In this document: piece by piece, positions 28,147-39,920 of the stretch | Layout: each line of letters opens with the position of its first letter | Position numbering within the stretch: the stretch's first letter is position 1 | Origin: Pseudomonadales bacterium | GTDB taxonomy: Bacteria > Pseudomonadota > Gammaproteobacteria > Pseudomonadales > JAUIET01 | Assembly: GCA_045105115.1 (NCBI GenBank) | Contig: JBGCDE010000065.1 | Span: forward strand, 33,464 to 97,463 | Direction of reading: 5' to 3' | DNA: 64,000 bases | The notes under the pieces: model-generated | Told to the model about the DNA's origin: nothing | Databases searched by the model: none | The model's input: only the letters and a program-made list of their open reading frames with translations | Program-made: the position numbers and the translations under genes

Positions 28147-28827
28147 ATGCATAGCAATACATATAGTAACGACAGGCTCTTGAGCCCCGGACTTCAGGTA
28201 ATGACCTTGTTGACGGTGCTTTTGTGCAGCGCTTTTAGCCATGCTGGTATGGAATATTTCCGTTACAAAACAGCCAAGGGAACGTTGGTGATCGACAGTC
28301 GATTGCCGCCAGAATACGTCAAATATGGCTACGAAGTGATCAATGCCAGTGGCGATGTATTGCGCACTGTTCTTCCTCAGGCCACGGCTGAACAAATTGC
28401 AGCAAAGCGTGAAGCGCTAACACAACAGCAGCTAAAGGTAGAGCAACGAAAAAAAGATGAAATGCTGATGCGTCGCTACAGCAGTGTGGCTGACATCGAA
28501 GCATCCCAAAATCGCGTCATTGATGAAATTAATATTCGACTATCAATCTTGCGCGGTAATCTGCGCTCTTTGAAAGGTCAGATTGAACGTCAGCAAGAAG
28601 TGGCAGCCAATTCCGAACGTGCGGGACGAGATGTTCCCCAGGCGTTGATTGAGAATATCGGTACGATGGAAGTGGAAGTGGATGATACTCGCAAGAAAAT
28701 CCGAGCGAGGAAGAAAGAAATTACAGCAGTTAAGCGCAATTACGCCAGCGATATGGAGCGGTTTGAGCATCTGCAAGAATTGCGATATGGTCATCGCCGC
28801 TCGTCTCAGGCCAGCTCTGGCAGCTAA
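28147..28827 (+). CDS. Exported DUF4124-like protein with coiled-coil C-terminus
   Basis: Signal-like segment, YFRYKTAKG...LPPEYVKYGYEVIN..G, then LMRRYSSVADIE and heptad-rich helices; start may be 28201. Confidence 0.7.
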   Translation: MHSNTYSNDRLLSPGLQVMTLLTVLLCSAFSHAGMEYFRYKTAKGTLVIDSRLPPEYVKYGYEVINASGDVLRTVLPQATAEQIAAKREALTQQQLKVEQRKKDEMLMRRYSSVADIEASQNRVIDEINIRLSILRGNLRSLKGQIERQQEVAANSERAGRDVPQALIENIGTMEVEVDDTRKKIRARKKEITAVKRNYASDMERFEHLQELRYGHRRSSQASSGS

Positions 28828-28864
28828 TCAATCGCGGCGCCAAATACAGCCGCAATGCAATCAT

Positions 28865-29485
28865 TCAGGCAGGTTGGGCCAAGCGTTGTTCTTGAGCAAA
28901 CACTTGGGTGTGAATTAACGCCCACTGTTTTGGCCAATGTTCCATTGGGCTGCGTTTGAAATCGCTGCGCACAAACTGAGCTATTCGGCCCTCTGCGGTG
29001 GCAAGAATCATATTCGCCGTGATAGAAACAGGGGCGATCGGGCGCAAACCTTCACGCAATTCACCTTCACGCAAAATTTGCTTCAGTTGAGTTTCCATTC
29101 GTTCATAGAATTGACTCACTCGATGTCTAAGAGTGCGTGTTTCGCCCGCCAATACGTCGCCAGTTAAAAGTCTCACAATACCTGGGTTGCGTTCGGCAAA
29201 CTGCAATAGCAGCGTGATTGTTGCCTCGCATCGTCGTGATGCAGCGGCTTCTTCTGCGAGTACACGATGGACGCGGCTAAAAATAGTTTCCTCAATGAAC
29301 GCGATCAGGCCTTCGAACATTTTGGCTTTGCTGGGGAAGTGTCGGTAAAGAGCGGCCTCAGAGATTCCAACGCGTCGTGCGATGCCTGCCGTGGTAATAC
29401 GCTCGCCTGGCGTTTCTTCAAGCATCAGCGCTAGAGCCTGCAATATTTGCTGACGTCTGGGTTCTTTCCTTGCGCTGTTTAACAT
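28865..29485 (-). CDS. slmA: Nucleoid occlusion factor SlmA
   Basis: RRQQILQALALMLE...RITTA...SEAALYRHFPSKAKMFEGLI. Confidence 0.93.
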   Translation of the reverse strand: MLNSARKEPRRQQILQALALMLEETPGERITTAGIARRVGISEAALYRHFPSKAKMFEGLIAFIEETIFSRVHRVLAEEAAASRRCEATITLLLQFAERNPGIVRLLTGDVLAGETRTLRHRVSQFYERMETQLKQILREGELREGLRPIAPVSITANMILATAEGRIAQFVRSDFKRSPMEHWPKQWALIHTQVFAQEQRLAQPA

Positions 29486-29630
29486 GGCCGTAACCTAAGG
29501 TTATAAGCTTCCAATGCTATCGATTTCGCTAAGGGTACACAATGCACAGCTACATTATGCACACATTAATCTGCTGCTTGCCGCTCTAGACGGCGTGTGT
29601 GGTGTTCGGTTTCATGTCGCTGGGTTTGAA

Positions 29631-30539
<909 letters not shown>

Positions 30540-30582
30540 TCACTAAAGATGTTGCGCATCATAATCGGATTTCGGACGTTTG

Positions 30583-33159
30583 TCAGAATGCAGAGGCTAC
30601 GTTGGGGTTTACCAGTCCGATTTGCTCTCGAAACACGGTTTGTATGCGTTGCAGCGCTTCATCATTATCAGCTTCAAAGCGCAAAGTGATGGCAGGTACC
30701 GTATTTGAAGGTCGAATTAGTCCCCAGCCGTCTGGGTAGTCAACCCTGATACCATCCAGCGTGGTTATTTTGCCACTGCCAAATTGCGCATTGTCTGTGA
30801 GAGCTTCGACTATATCAAATTTCTGTTGCTCACCGGTATCAACGATGATCTCAGGTGTGCTTTTGCTGGCCGGATATTCTTCTACTAATTCCTCAAGCTT
30901 AAGCCCTGAAGTGCTAACAATTTCAATCAATCTGGCGGCGCTATAAATTCCGTCATCGAAACCAAACCAGCGCTCTTTAAAGCAAATATGACCTGTAAAT
31001 TCGCCGCCCAGCAAGGCTCCTGTCTGCAACATTTTCTCTTTGATGCACGAATGCCCTGATTTCCACATGATTGGTCTACCGCCATAACTGCTGATAACCG
31101 TACTTAGGTGGCGTGTGCATTTAACGTCATAGATTATGTCGGCTCCTGGATTGCGAGAAACAATATCTTGGGCAAACAGCATGAGTAGAATATCCGGTGC
31201 AATCGCGTTGCCATTTGAATCGACAACACAAACGCGATCAGCATCACCATCAAACGCTATGCCAAAGTCTGCTTCGTGTTCCTTGACCATGAATGCGAGG
31301 TCATCAAGATTTTTCGCAATCGTAGGGTCAGGGGCGTGGTTGGGGAAGTTGCCATCTACCTCACAATGCAAAGCAATCACTTCACAGCCCAGCTCTTCGA
31401 GTACGCGTGGTCCGATCACGCCACCAATACCATTAGCGGCATCAACAACTATTTTCAGGGTTTGCGCTACAGCGATATCTCCAGCGATCGTTTCAATGTA
31501 GGCGTCAGCAACATTGGCTTCCTGCATACTACCCTGGCCTTCGTGGTAACGTCCTTCATCTATTCGCTGCCTGATGTTCTGTATGTGCTCGCCAGCCAAA
31601 GGACGACCTTCCAGCACCAGTTTAAGTCCATTACATTCGGCACCATTGTGGCTGCCGGTGATCATTACTCCAGCGCCTGTTTCCAAATGGTGAGTAGCGA
31701 AGTAAAGCAGCGGTGTTGGTTGTTCACCGATGTCAATAATGTTCTGCCCGCTAGCAAGCAAGCCTTCGCACAGGGCTTTTTTGATGCGTGGGCTGGATAA
31801 GCGACCATCACAGGCCACTACGATTTCATTTTGTGAGCGGTCCAGAGCTTCACTACCGATTGCTCTGCCGATGGCTTTTACAACGTCGTCGGTCAAATAC
31901 TTGTCCGCTTCACCTCGAATATCGTAGGCGCGAAAAATATGCTCAGGTATTGCAAGCTTTGGGGCCGGCGCTGCTTTTGTGGCTGTGCTCGATGAAGCCG
32001 CAGGCGTTTTAACTTTTGCTTTTTTGGGCGCGCTTGCGGCCGATGTGCTTGCCCCAGGCGCTGCTGTATCCCGAGAGACATCGTCAGAAGCCGCTGGCGT
32101 TCTGAAACTCGCAATAAGATTAGCCAATTGATTCAATTTCGAATTTGGAAAAACGGGTGGCATGCGTTTGTTGCCTGACATCAGACTCTGCGTATAGCTA
32201 ATCACATTATCCAAGTCGTCTTGCATGTGATTACCGAGCTTTCGAAGTGACAAAAAATGCCAAATAGGAACGCCGAGCGCCGGAATACCCAACAAAGCGA
32301 GCAAACTCCAAAGAGGAATGCTCAGCTCGGTGGCGACTACTTTTGACGGCGTAAATCGTAACCACCAGTTGCTTTCACCAATTTGTTTGTTCTGCGGGGC
32401 CAAGTTACTGTCGCCTGTACCACTGCTGCTGAGCAAGACTTGCTCGTTACCGCTAAAGATTTGAATTAACTCGGTTCGTCCGCGATCTTCCACTTGGCTG
32501 TCAATCGCACTTTGTAAAAACGCCATAGACATACGTAATAAAATGGCTCCGTTTACTTCCATTTCATCAGCTTCGAGTATTGGTGCGACCAAGGTGAATT
32601 GAGTCTCGCCTTGATACTTGTAGGCTTCTGGAAATGTCTTATCGCCATCTTCGGCACGATTTACCATGCTCGATTCAATATTGTTCCGCAGTTTCAAGCC
32701 GTGCTTGCGCAAGCCCGTGATGCCTTTGGAGTCAAGCGGAATCACCATGGCACCGCTTGCCTCAGGAAACGCAGCGCTCAAGCGTTGACTCATCTGGTGC
32801 ATTGCGTCGGTGCTTTTATCGCTAACAGTTTTACGCACTTCAGGTGCGGCGGCCATCATCTCCAGCCGATTCTGTAGTTGTTCAATGCTTTGCTTGACGA
32901 TAACTGCCTGACTGCTTGCATACAATTCGGTATGACGCTGAAGATCAGTTGCCTGACGTTGCGGAATCAGGATTATCAGAACTAGACCTACGATCGCTGC
33001 AATCGACAGAAAAGATATAGCAGGCGGCAACCAATGCTGGTCAGGCGTGCTAGAAGCATTATTGTGCTTAGGCTTGGCTTTTGCGGCCTTTTCACTATCG
33101 TTCGGCGCGTCGGCTATTTCAATATCGTTAGCTGCGTCTGCTTTTTTGGCTTTAGCCAT
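30583..33159 (-). CDS. algC: Phosphomannomutase/phosphoglucomutase, long membrane-anchored form
   Basis: IFRAYDIRG, ITGSHN, FDGDADR, GEFTGH; ~400-aa N-terminal part with two TMs flanking a periplasmic domain. Confidence 0.93.
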   Translation of the reverse strand: MAKAKKADAANDIEIADAPNDSEKAAKAKPKHNNASSTPDQHWLPPAISFLSIAAIVGLVLIILIPQRQATDLQRHTELYASSQAVIVKQSIEQLQNRLEMMAAAPEVRKTVSDKSTDAMHQMSQRLSAAFPEASGAMVIPLDSKGITGLRKHGLKLRNNIESSMVNRAEDGDKTFPEAYKYQGETQFTLVAPILEADEMEVNGAILLRMSMAFLQSAIDSQVEDRGRTELIQIFSGNEQVLLSSSGTGDSNLAPQNKQIGESNWWLRFTPSKVVATELSIPLWSLLALLGIPALGVPIWHFLSLRKLGNHMQDDLDNVISYTQSLMSGNKRMPPVFPNSKLNQLANLIASFRTPAASDDVSRDTAAPGASTSAASAPKKAKVKTPAASSSTATKAAPAPKLAIPEHIFRAYDIRGEADKYLTDDVVKAIGRAIGSEALDRSQNEIVVACDGRLSSPRIKKALCEGLLASGQNIIDIGEQPTPLLYFATHHLETGAGVMITGSHNGAECNGLKLVLEGRPLAGEHIQNIRQRIDEGRYHEGQGSMQEANVADAYIETIAGDIAVAQTLKIVVDAANGIGGVIGPRVLEELGCEVIALHCEVDGNFPNHAPDPTIAKNLDDLAFMVKEHEADFGIAFDGDADRVCVVDSNGNAIAPDILLMLFAQDIVSRNPGADIIYDVKCTRHLSTVISSYGGRPIMWKSGHSCIKEKMLQTGALLGGEFTGHICFKERWFGFDDGIYSAARLIEIVSTSGLKLEELVEEYPASKSTPEIIVDTGEQQKFDIVEALTDNAQFGSGKITTLDGIRVDYPDGWGLIRPSNTVPAITLRFEADNDEALQRIQTVFREQIGLVNPNVASAF

Positions 33160-33229
33160 TGTGATTTAGCCCCACTTGCGTCTTCGTTCATCTGATGTCG
33201 AGCGGTATTGTGCTCGTTCACCAACTGCG

Positions 33230-34429
33230 TTAAGTGTTTTTGTATCGTTTGCCGATTTCTTCAACTAACGCGGCAGCCAAGCTGAGTTTGCTCATCTGCG
33301 GCAAATCAAGTTCCTGCTCTTTGCTCACCAAAGTGACCTTGTTCTGGTCGCTCTGAAAGCCAATTTCCGCATTTGATACGTCATTGGCAACAATCAGATC
33401 GAGATTTTTCCGTTCCAGCTTGCCTCTGGCGTAGCTGATCACCTGGTCGGTTTCAGCGGCAAACCCTACACAAAACGGCCGAGTAGAGAGTGCGCTGACT
33501 GTCGCAAGAATGTCTTCTGTGCGAGTCAGTTTGAGTTCCATCTCAGACGAATTTTTCTTAATCTTGTTGTTGGCAACATTCAACGGTGTGTAGTCGGCAA
33601 CCGCGGCTGTGGCGATAAAAATATCGCACCCGGCCATGTGTTCAAGTGTAGCAGCCAACATTTCTTTCGCACTTTTTACATTTACGCGCTGTATGTTTTC
33701 TGAGCAGCTCAAGGTAACCGGACCCGCAATCAGTGTGACTTTGGCGCCCGCTTCGCTGGCGGCTCTGGCCAGCGCAAAGCCCATTTTTCCTGAACTGTGA
33801 TTGCTCAAAAAACGAACAGGATCAATTGCTTCTTGAGTGGGTCCAGCAGTGACCACAACATCCAGGCCGGCCAAAGCGCCGGTACTGAAGTGCGCGGATA
33901 CCTGTGAGACTATTTGGTCGATATCCAAAAGGCGACCCGCGCCGACGTCGCCGCAGGCTTGTATACCGCTATCTGGCCCAAGCAAACTAACTCCGTCTTT
34001 GTGCAATGCTTCAATATTATTTTGTGTGCTGGTTTGCGCCCACATACCCTGATTCATCGCCGGGGCGATGAATTTTGGCGCCGAGCACGCAAGATACAGG
34101 GTGCTTAATAGATCATCTGCCTGGCCGTGCACTATGCGCGCAATAAAATCCGCACTGGCTGGCGCAACCAACAGAGCATCGGCCCAACGCGCTAATTCAA
34201 TATGGCCCATAGCGGCCTCTGCTTCCGGATTCAGCAAATCCAGATGCACGGGTTCACCCGACAGCGCCTGCATGGTCAGTGGCGTGATAAATTCAGTTGC
34301 GGCCGGCGTCATCACTACTCGAACGTTGGCGTTTTGGTCTTGTAGGCGACGCAGCAGTTCCGCGGCCTTATAAGCAGCAATGCCGCCAGTGACACCAAGT
34401 AAGACATTTCTGTTGCTTAATTCGTACAT
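33230..34429 (-). CDS. coaBC: Phosphopantothenoylcysteine decarboxylase/ligase
   Basis: [43 protein letters not shown]. Confidence 0.97.
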   Translation of the reverse strand: MYELSNRNVLLGVTGGIAAYKAAELLRRLQDQNANVRVVMTPAATEFITPLTMQALSGEPVHLDLLNPEAEAAMGHIELARWADALLVAPASADFIARIVHGQADDLLSTLYLACSAPKFIAPAMNQGMWAQTSTQNNIEALHKDGVSLLGPDSGIQACGDVGAGRLLDIDQIVSQVSAHFSTGALAGLDVVVTAGPTQEAIDPVRFLSNHSSGKMGFALARAASEAGAKVTLIAGPVTLSCSENIQRVNVKSAKEMLAATLEHMAGCDIFIATAAVADYTPLNVANNKIKKNSSEMELKLTRTEDILATVSALSTRPFCVGFAAETDQVISYARGKLERKNLDLIVANDVSNAEIGFQSDQNKVTLVSKEQELDLPQMSKLSLAAALVEEIGKRYKNT

Positions 34430-34516
34430 TGCCTAAGGATAGTCGCTGGAGTGTGGTGGTACGATACAGCAAGCCTAAAAAAAGGTATATCACACGCTTT
34501 AAGACAAGGAGGTCTG

Positions 34517-35191
34517 ATGAGCATTCTCGATTGGCAGGTGGCTGAGCGGCCGCGTGAAAAGTTATTAAATCATGGTTGCAGCACGCTTAGTGACGCAGAG
34601 TTGCTGGCGATATTCGTGCGTACTGGCACCCCGGGTAAGTCTGCAGTAGACGTTGCTCGTAGCATACTGGCCGACTGTGGCGGGCTGCGCAGCCTGTTTG
34701 AATACGATGCGAAACAATTGACTGGCGTGTCTGGTCTGGGCCCTGCCAAGGCCGCGCAATTGCTGGCCATCATGGAAATGGCACGTCGCTATCTTAGTAG
34801 TGAGTTGCAGCAACGCCCGGTTCTGGGTTCACCGAAAGCTACCCGCGACTTTCTGCAACTTCAATTGGCCGGTCGGCACAGCGAAGTATTTTGTGGCCTG
34901 TTTCTGGACGCGCAAAATAGAATGCTGGCGTTTGATGAACTGTTTCAGGGCACGATAGATGGCGCCGCAGTTTACCCACGTGAGGTGGTACGAAAAGTAT
35001 TGCACTATAACGCCGCCTCTGTGATTTTTGCGCACAACCATCCCAGCGGTGTGGCAGAGCCAAGTCAGGCGGATCATCGTATTACAGAGCGCTTGCAGAA
35101 AGCGTTGGCGCTTATTGACGTGAGAGTGCTGGATCATCTGGTGGTTGGCAGCGGGCGATCGGTATCATTCGCAGAGAACGGCTGGTTGTGA
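34517..35191 (+). CDS. radC: RadC/JAB-domain protein
   Basis: [26 protein letters not shown]; AGGAGG RBS before ATG 34517. Confidence 0.95.
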   Translation: MSILDWQVAERPREKLLNHGCSTLSDAELLAIFVRTGTPGKSAVDVARSILADCGGLRSLFEYDAKQLTGVSGLGPAKAAQLLAIMEMARRYLSSELQQRPVLGSPKATRDFLQLQLAGRHSEVFCGLFLDAQNRMLAFDELFQGTIDGAAVYPREVVRKVLHYNAASVIFAHNHPSGVAEPSQADHRITERLQKALALIDVRVLDHLVVGSGRSVSFAENGWL

Positions 35192-35275
35192 CCCGCACAG
35201 GAACGTGCGCTTAGAAAATATTTACAAACACTGATACCTATTTGTTGGGCGGTTGCTTAGACTGGCGAATTAATT

Positions 35276-37501
35276 GTGAGCCGGGGCAGTATCGTGGGTA
35301 TCAGGATCGTTAAATGGGTTGTTTACTTGCTTTTGATTTTGGTGGTCTTGTTGCTGAGCGTGTTTGCTTTTGTAGTGTTGGCTCCAGATCGCGCTGTGGG
35401 TCTGCTGGAATATGGTACCGGCTACACACTTAGCGCAGACAGTCTCGAGATTGATGCCTCTACCTCGGCATTGAACGCCACCGGCTTGCTAGTGCTTGCG
35501 CCGGATGGCGGTGAGTTACTGCGTGCCGAGGAATTTCACTCCGGCGTTGATCCGCTAGGCGCCTGGCGAGGTACGGCACCATTCTGGGATATTCAAATTC
35601 GCAACGCTCATCTTTATCTATCCTCTTCAGCTGACGAGGCGACACCTGCTGCGCAATACGCGCCTGAACTGGATTTTGCTCGGATACTGGGTGCCAGGTT
35701 TGTGGACGTTGATTCCCTGACCGTCCACGCTGGAGAGCGTGAAACAAAGTACTCTCTTTCACTGCAGCGTTCCGATGAGCACACAATGGATTTGCGCCTT
35801 GCCATGGGTGAGGTCTTAATGCTTGCCGGAACACTTGATTACAAGCTTGGCGCACGAACAACGCTAGCGCTGCTTGTACCTGATCTTGACTTACGTAAAT
35901 TGTTAGGCCAGAAAGTGGAAGACGCAGACGTCGATGAGTCAGTGACGCTGACCGCCGATGAAGCAGCTATTGATTGGTCATGGTTGGGCATGCTGCGCAA
36001 GACTGATTTGTCGCTTCAGATAGGCAAGCTGTTGCTGCCGGAGCAAACGCTTAATGGTGTTTTAGCCAAGCTTGAGTTTGCCAAAAACGGACTGGTACTT
36101 GATCTGCAGCTTAACTCTTTGCTGTTGAGTGAAGATTCAGACGTGACGCTGGATGATATGAATCTACGAGCGGAGTTGACAGCACTGGCGCTCGCTACAC
36201 AGGGCAAAGATCTAAAAGGTAGCATCGCCCTTGACAGTGAAGGGCTGGAGTTGAGTAGCGATGGTGAATTTAATGTTAACGGTCTTAACGGCAACAGCTT
36301 GGCGTTGCTGCTAAAACTTGCGCCGCAGTCAAATATTTCTGCCGCACTGCCAGATGCCGCCACACCGTATCTGCCTTTACAGTTGAAAAGTGAAATAAAC
36401 ATCGACGCATCGACCTATAAGCTTGCGGCTATTCAAGCCAGTTTTGGCGAGTCTGATATTGCCGGCACGTTTTCTCTGGCATTCGACAATGGCGCAGCCA
36501 CTGTCAATGCTCGTTTGCACAGCAAAGCGTTGGTGCTTTCCAAGGCACAGACGCAAGCGCAAGCACCCGAAGTACCTGAGCAACCGACTAATTCCGCTGC
36601 TGCCAAAAACAAAATTTTCAGCGACGAAGCCATTAGCTGGAGATGGCTAGAACAAGGTGATGTCGATGTGAAGCTAACAGCCGATATATTGCAATTGTAT
36701 GACGCTCGCTTCACTGATTTCGCGTTACTGGCAAAAGGTGAGCAAGGTTCACTGCTTATCGAACCTTTAAGCGCTAAGTTTGGTGGCGGTGGTTTTTCCG
36801 GTTCAAGCAATATTGAGAAAGTTGAATCCGGCGCTGCTGTAAAACTGAACTTTGAAATGAATGGCGTCGATCTGGAAGCGTTTGGTCTGGTGCCACAAGA
36901 GCAGCTTGCTGGGGGCAAAACCGAGCTTGAGCTTGGCTTAAGTACCAAGGGCAATAGTTCGGCTGAAATGGCCGGCGCTCTGCAGGGCGTTGTTCATTTG
37001 CTGGTGCATGATGCAGTGGTTCAGAATGACAGTTTTGAGCTTATTGGTTCTGACATCCTGCTGGAAACTTTGAACAAGCTTAACCCGTTCGCAAAAACAG
37101 ACCCCACGACCAAGCTGCATTGCGCGCTTGTTCATTTCGACATAGAGGATGGTCTGATGAATACAAGCAAAGCGTTGGTGGTTGAAACCGAGAAGATGGA
37201 AATCATTGGTGACGGCAGTGTTAACCTGGATGATGAAACTCTGAACATTCTGATTACCCCAAATGCAAAGCAAACAGTTGGGCTGAACGTGGGCAGTGTG
37301 GTTAAGTTCATGAAGCTGGGTGGCACCCTGGCTAATCCAAGCCCGGCCGTTGATGCTGGTGGTTTACTCAAAAGCGGAGCAAGTATAGGTGCCGCGGTGT
37401 CAACCGGCGGTGTATCCCTATTGGCCGAAAATCTGGTCAAGAAAGTGGCACAAGAAAACGCGTGCCGAAAGGCACTGGCAACCAGTGGGACGAGCAATTA
37501 G
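35276..37501 (+). CDS. AsmA family protein
   Basis: N-terminal TM, beta-rich repeats, C-terminal TKLHCA...F...DG...GDGSVNLDDETL...GTLANP. Confidence 0.82.
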   Translation: MSRGSIVGIRIVKWVVYLLLILVVLLLSVFAFVVLAPDRAVGLLEYGTGYTLSADSLEIDASTSALNATGLLVLAPDGGELLRAEEFHSGVDPLGAWRGTAPFWDIQIRNAHLYLSSSADEATPAAQYAPELDFARILGARFVDVDSLTVHAGERETKYSLSLQRSDEHTMDLRLAMGEVLMLAGTLDYKLGARTTLALLVPDLDLRKLLGQKVEDADVDESVTLTADEAAIDWSWLGMLRKTDLSLQIGKLLLPEQTLNGVLAKLEFAKNGLVLDLQLNSLLLSEDSDVTLDDMNLRAELTALALATQGKDLKGSIALDSEGLELSSDGEFNVNGLNGNSLALLLKLAPQSNISAALPDAATPYLPLQLKSEINIDASTYKLAAIQASFGESDIAGTFSLAFDNGAATVNARLHSKALVLSKAQTQAQAPEVPEQPTNSAAAKNKIFSDEAISWRWLEQGDVDVKLTADILQLYDARFTDFALLAKGEQGSLLIEPLSAKFGGGGFSGSSNIEKVESGAAVKLNFEMNGVDLEAFGLVPQEQLAGGKTELELGLSTKGNSSAEMAGALQGVVHLLVHDAVVQNDSFELIGSDILLETLNKLNPFAKTDPTTKLHCALVHFDIEDGLMNTSKALVVETEKMEIIGDGSVNLDDETLNILITPNAKQTVGLNVGSVVKFMKLGGTLANPSPAVDAGGLLKSGASIGAAVSTGGVSLLAENLVKKVAQENACRKALATSGTSN

Positions 37502-37537
37502 TTGACATGACTTATCGAGCCAGGTTTTTAAATTGCT

Positions 37538-39301
37538 ATGTTGAGTAACGCCTTAATTTATTTGGCGGCGGCCGTGCTGGCCGTCCCTTTGTTTCGAAAG
37601 CTTGGCTTGGGCGCTGTGCTGGGTTATGTGGCCGCCGGCGTAGCCATCGGCCCATGGGGTGTGCGCCTGATTACCGATGTCGACGACATTCTGCACTTCT
37701 CTGAGTTGGGTGTTGTACTGCTGTTATTTATTATAGGTCTTGAATTAAGACCTTCTAGACTATGGGCGCTGCGCAATTCAATCTTTGGTTTCGGCGGTGC
37801 TCAAATGGGGCTTACAGCGGCGGCATTGGCCGTATTGCTGATGCTGGATGGCTATTCACTCAAAATTGCGGCGCTATTAGCATCTGTTTTAGCCTTGTCT
37901 TCCACCGCCTTTGCGCTGCAGTTACTGGCTGAACGCAATGAGCTTAATACTCGCATGGGGCGCACGGCCTTTGGCAATCTGCTATTTCAGGATTTGGCTG
38001 TTATACCAATACTCGCACTCATTCCCCTGCTCTCAAGCAGCGGAAGTGATGCGCCATTTACCGCGAAAGAACTGTTGCCGCCAATCGCCGTATTAGTTGT
38101 GCTGCTGGTGTTTGGTCGAATGCTGCTCAGTCTTGCCATGCGAGTGGTTGCCCACAGCAATGTGCGTGAAGTTGTCACTGCCATGGCGCTTTTTATTGTG
38201 CTTGGAATGGCTACTTTGTTAGAGCACGCCGGTTTGTCGATGGCACTGGGCGCTTTTATTGCCGGTGTGTTGCTTGCCGATTCTGAATTCAGGCATCAGC
38301 TTGAAGCCGACATTGAGCCCTTCAAAGGCTTGTTACTCGGTCTGTTTTTTATTGCCGTTGGTATGTCGCTGAATATCGGACTGATGGGCGATAAACCTCT
38401 GGATATTTTAATTGCAGTGCTGGCCCTGGTTGCCGTGAAAGCAACGGTATTGTTTGCTCTGGGCAAATGGCAGGGTTTAAGTAGCGCTGATGCTCGTCAA
38501 TTGGGCATTGTTTTGTCTCAAGGTGGTGAGTTTGCATTTGTCATTTTTGGGATTGCTGTTGCCGAGCAGGTCTTGCCGACTGGCGTGGCAGAGCATTTTA
38601 TTGTGGTCGTTACGCTGTCAATGATGACAACACCGCTTTTGTTATGGTTTGTGGAACGTCTGCAACAAGATGGCGGCGAAGATAAAGCGTTCGACGAGAT
38701 GCCAGAAGAGGCACCGCCGGTATTGATAGCGGGCTTTGGACGCTTCGGCCAAATTATCGCCCGTGTGTTGCGAGCCAAGGGTATTCATTTTACCGCTTTG
38801 GAAATTGACCAAACCCAAATCGACTTTGTTCGGGCTTATGGCAACGAGATTTACTACGGCGATGCTTCGCGTCTGGAGCTACTGCATGCCGCAGGTGCGG
38901 CAGAGGCCGAAATTTTCGTACTGGCCGTGGATGACCCGGATACCTCAATGCGCATCGCGCAGGTGGTGAAGGAGAGTTTTCCAAACTTGAAGGTCTACGC
39001 CAGGGCGCGGAATCGAAAACACGCCTACCAGCTGATGGATGAGCAGGTGCATTTGGTGCGCCGGGAAACGTTTTTGTCCGCTGTCGATATGACTCGCGAG
39101 GTGTTGCTGGGTACCGGAATGCCTGAGGCTGAAGCGCGTGATCTGGTCGAGCGGTTCAGGCAGCATGATCTGGAACGATTGCACGCTCACGCACATTTGC
39201 ATGATAACGAAGAAAAAATGCGCGATCTCGCTAAATCAGCGGCCGAAGAGCTGGAAGAAATGTTTGCCGGCGACATTACCAGCACGACCGATCAACGTTG
39301 A
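37538..39301 (+). CDS. KefB/KefC-type K+/H+ antiporter (CPA2) with TrkA-N domain
   Basis: SELGVVLLLFIIGLEL, LLFQDLA, DIEPFKGLLLGLFF, IAGFGRFGQ, YGDASR. Confidence 0.93.
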   Translation: MLSNALIYLAAAVLAVPLFRKLGLGAVLGYVAAGVAIGPWGVRLITDVDDILHFSELGVVLLLFIIGLELRPSRLWALRNSIFGFGGAQMGLTAAALAVLLMLDGYSLKIAALLASVLALSSTAFALQLLAERNELNTRMGRTAFGNLLFQDLAVIPILALIPLLSSSGSDAPFTAKELLPPIAVLVVLLVFGRMLLSLAMRVVAHSNVREVVTAMALFIVLGMATLLEHAGLSMALGAFIAGVLLADSEFRHQLEADIEPFKGLLLGLFFIAVGMSLNIGLMGDKPLDILIAVLALVAVKATVLFALGKWQGLSSADARQLGIVLSQGGEFAFVIFGIAVAEQVLPTGVAEHFIVVVTLSMMTTPLLLWFVERLQQDGGEDKAFDEMPEEAPPVLIAGFGRFGQIIARVLRAKGIHFTALEIDQTQIDFVRAYGNEIYYGDASRLELLHAAGAAEAEIFVLAVDDPDTSMRIAQVVKESFPNLKVYARARNRKHAYQLMDEQVHLVRRETFLSAVDMTREVLLGTGMPEAEARDLVERFRQHDLERLHAHAHLHDNEEKMRDLAKSAAEELEEMFAGDITSTTDQR

Positions 39302-39365
39302 TCGCCGCTACCCTTGCTTGGCTTGTGAAGCTATCCAGTCCGGGCAAAGCAGTTCCATCCGGCTA

Positions 39366-39394
39366 TTGTATTACTGGCGGCAGTCTGGTTTAAT
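39366..39394 (+). promoter_or_regulatory. Putative sigma70 promoter of rpmBG
   Basis: TTGTAT-N17-TTTAAT followed by a GC-rich discriminator-like GTCGCGC. Confidence 0.45.
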
Positions 39395-39421
39395 GTCGCG
39401 CTCGATTTTTGGGGGGAAACC

Positions 39422-39658
39422 ATGTCCAGAGTATGCCAAGTGACCGGCAAAAAGCCGCAAACAGGTAACAACGTATCGCATGCGAAAAATCGCACGCGTC
39501 GCCGTTTTCTACCAAATCTTCATACCCATCGTTTTTGGGTAGAGTCAGAGAAACGCTTTGTTAAGCTGCGTGTATCGACTAAAGGTATGCGAATTATTGA
39601 TAAGCACGGTATCGAGAAAGTGCTTGCTGATATGCGCACGCGCGGCCAAGCGGTCTAA
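39422..39658 (+). CDS. rpmB: 50S ribosomal protein L28
   Basis: [33 protein letters not shown]. Confidence 0.98.
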   Translation: MSRVCQVTGKKPQTGNNVSHAKNRTRRRFLPNLHTHRFWVESEKRFVKLRVSTKGMRIIDKHGIEKVLADMRTRGQAV

Positions 39659-39693
39659 GCCGCTCGTTAACCCTCTAAATAGGTATACAGACC

Positions 39694-39849
39694 ATGAGAG
39701 AAAAAATTCGACTGATTTCGTCCGCTGGCACTGGCCATTTCTACACTACGGACAAAAATAAGCGCACCATGCCCGAAAAAATGGAAATCAAGAAATACGA
39801 TCCCGTTGTTCGCAAGCATGTGATGTATAAGGAAGGCAAAATCAAGTAG
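39694..39849 (+). CDS. rpmG: 50S ribosomal protein L33
   Basis: Hand translation (below ORF-track cutoff): [51 protein letters not shown]. Confidence 0.98.
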   Translation: MREKIRLISSAGTGHFYTTDKNKRTMPEKMEIKKYDPVVRKHVMYKEGKIK

Positions 39850-39873
39850 CCAGCCCTTAACCAGTACATGACT

Positions 39874-39897
39874 GAAACCCGGCTTTTGCCGGGTTTC
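39874..39897 (+). terminator. Terminator-like hairpin after rpmG
   Basis: Perfect 10-bp stem GAAACCCGGC-TTTT-GCCGGGTTTC. Confidence 0.65.
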
Positions 39898-39920
39898 GTG
39901 TAAATGGAGCATGGAAAACA

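Noticed and set aside
34517-35191. radC as a marker of a mobile element
   Set aside because: Full-length chromosomal type in its usual position divergent from coaBC; no integrase nearby.
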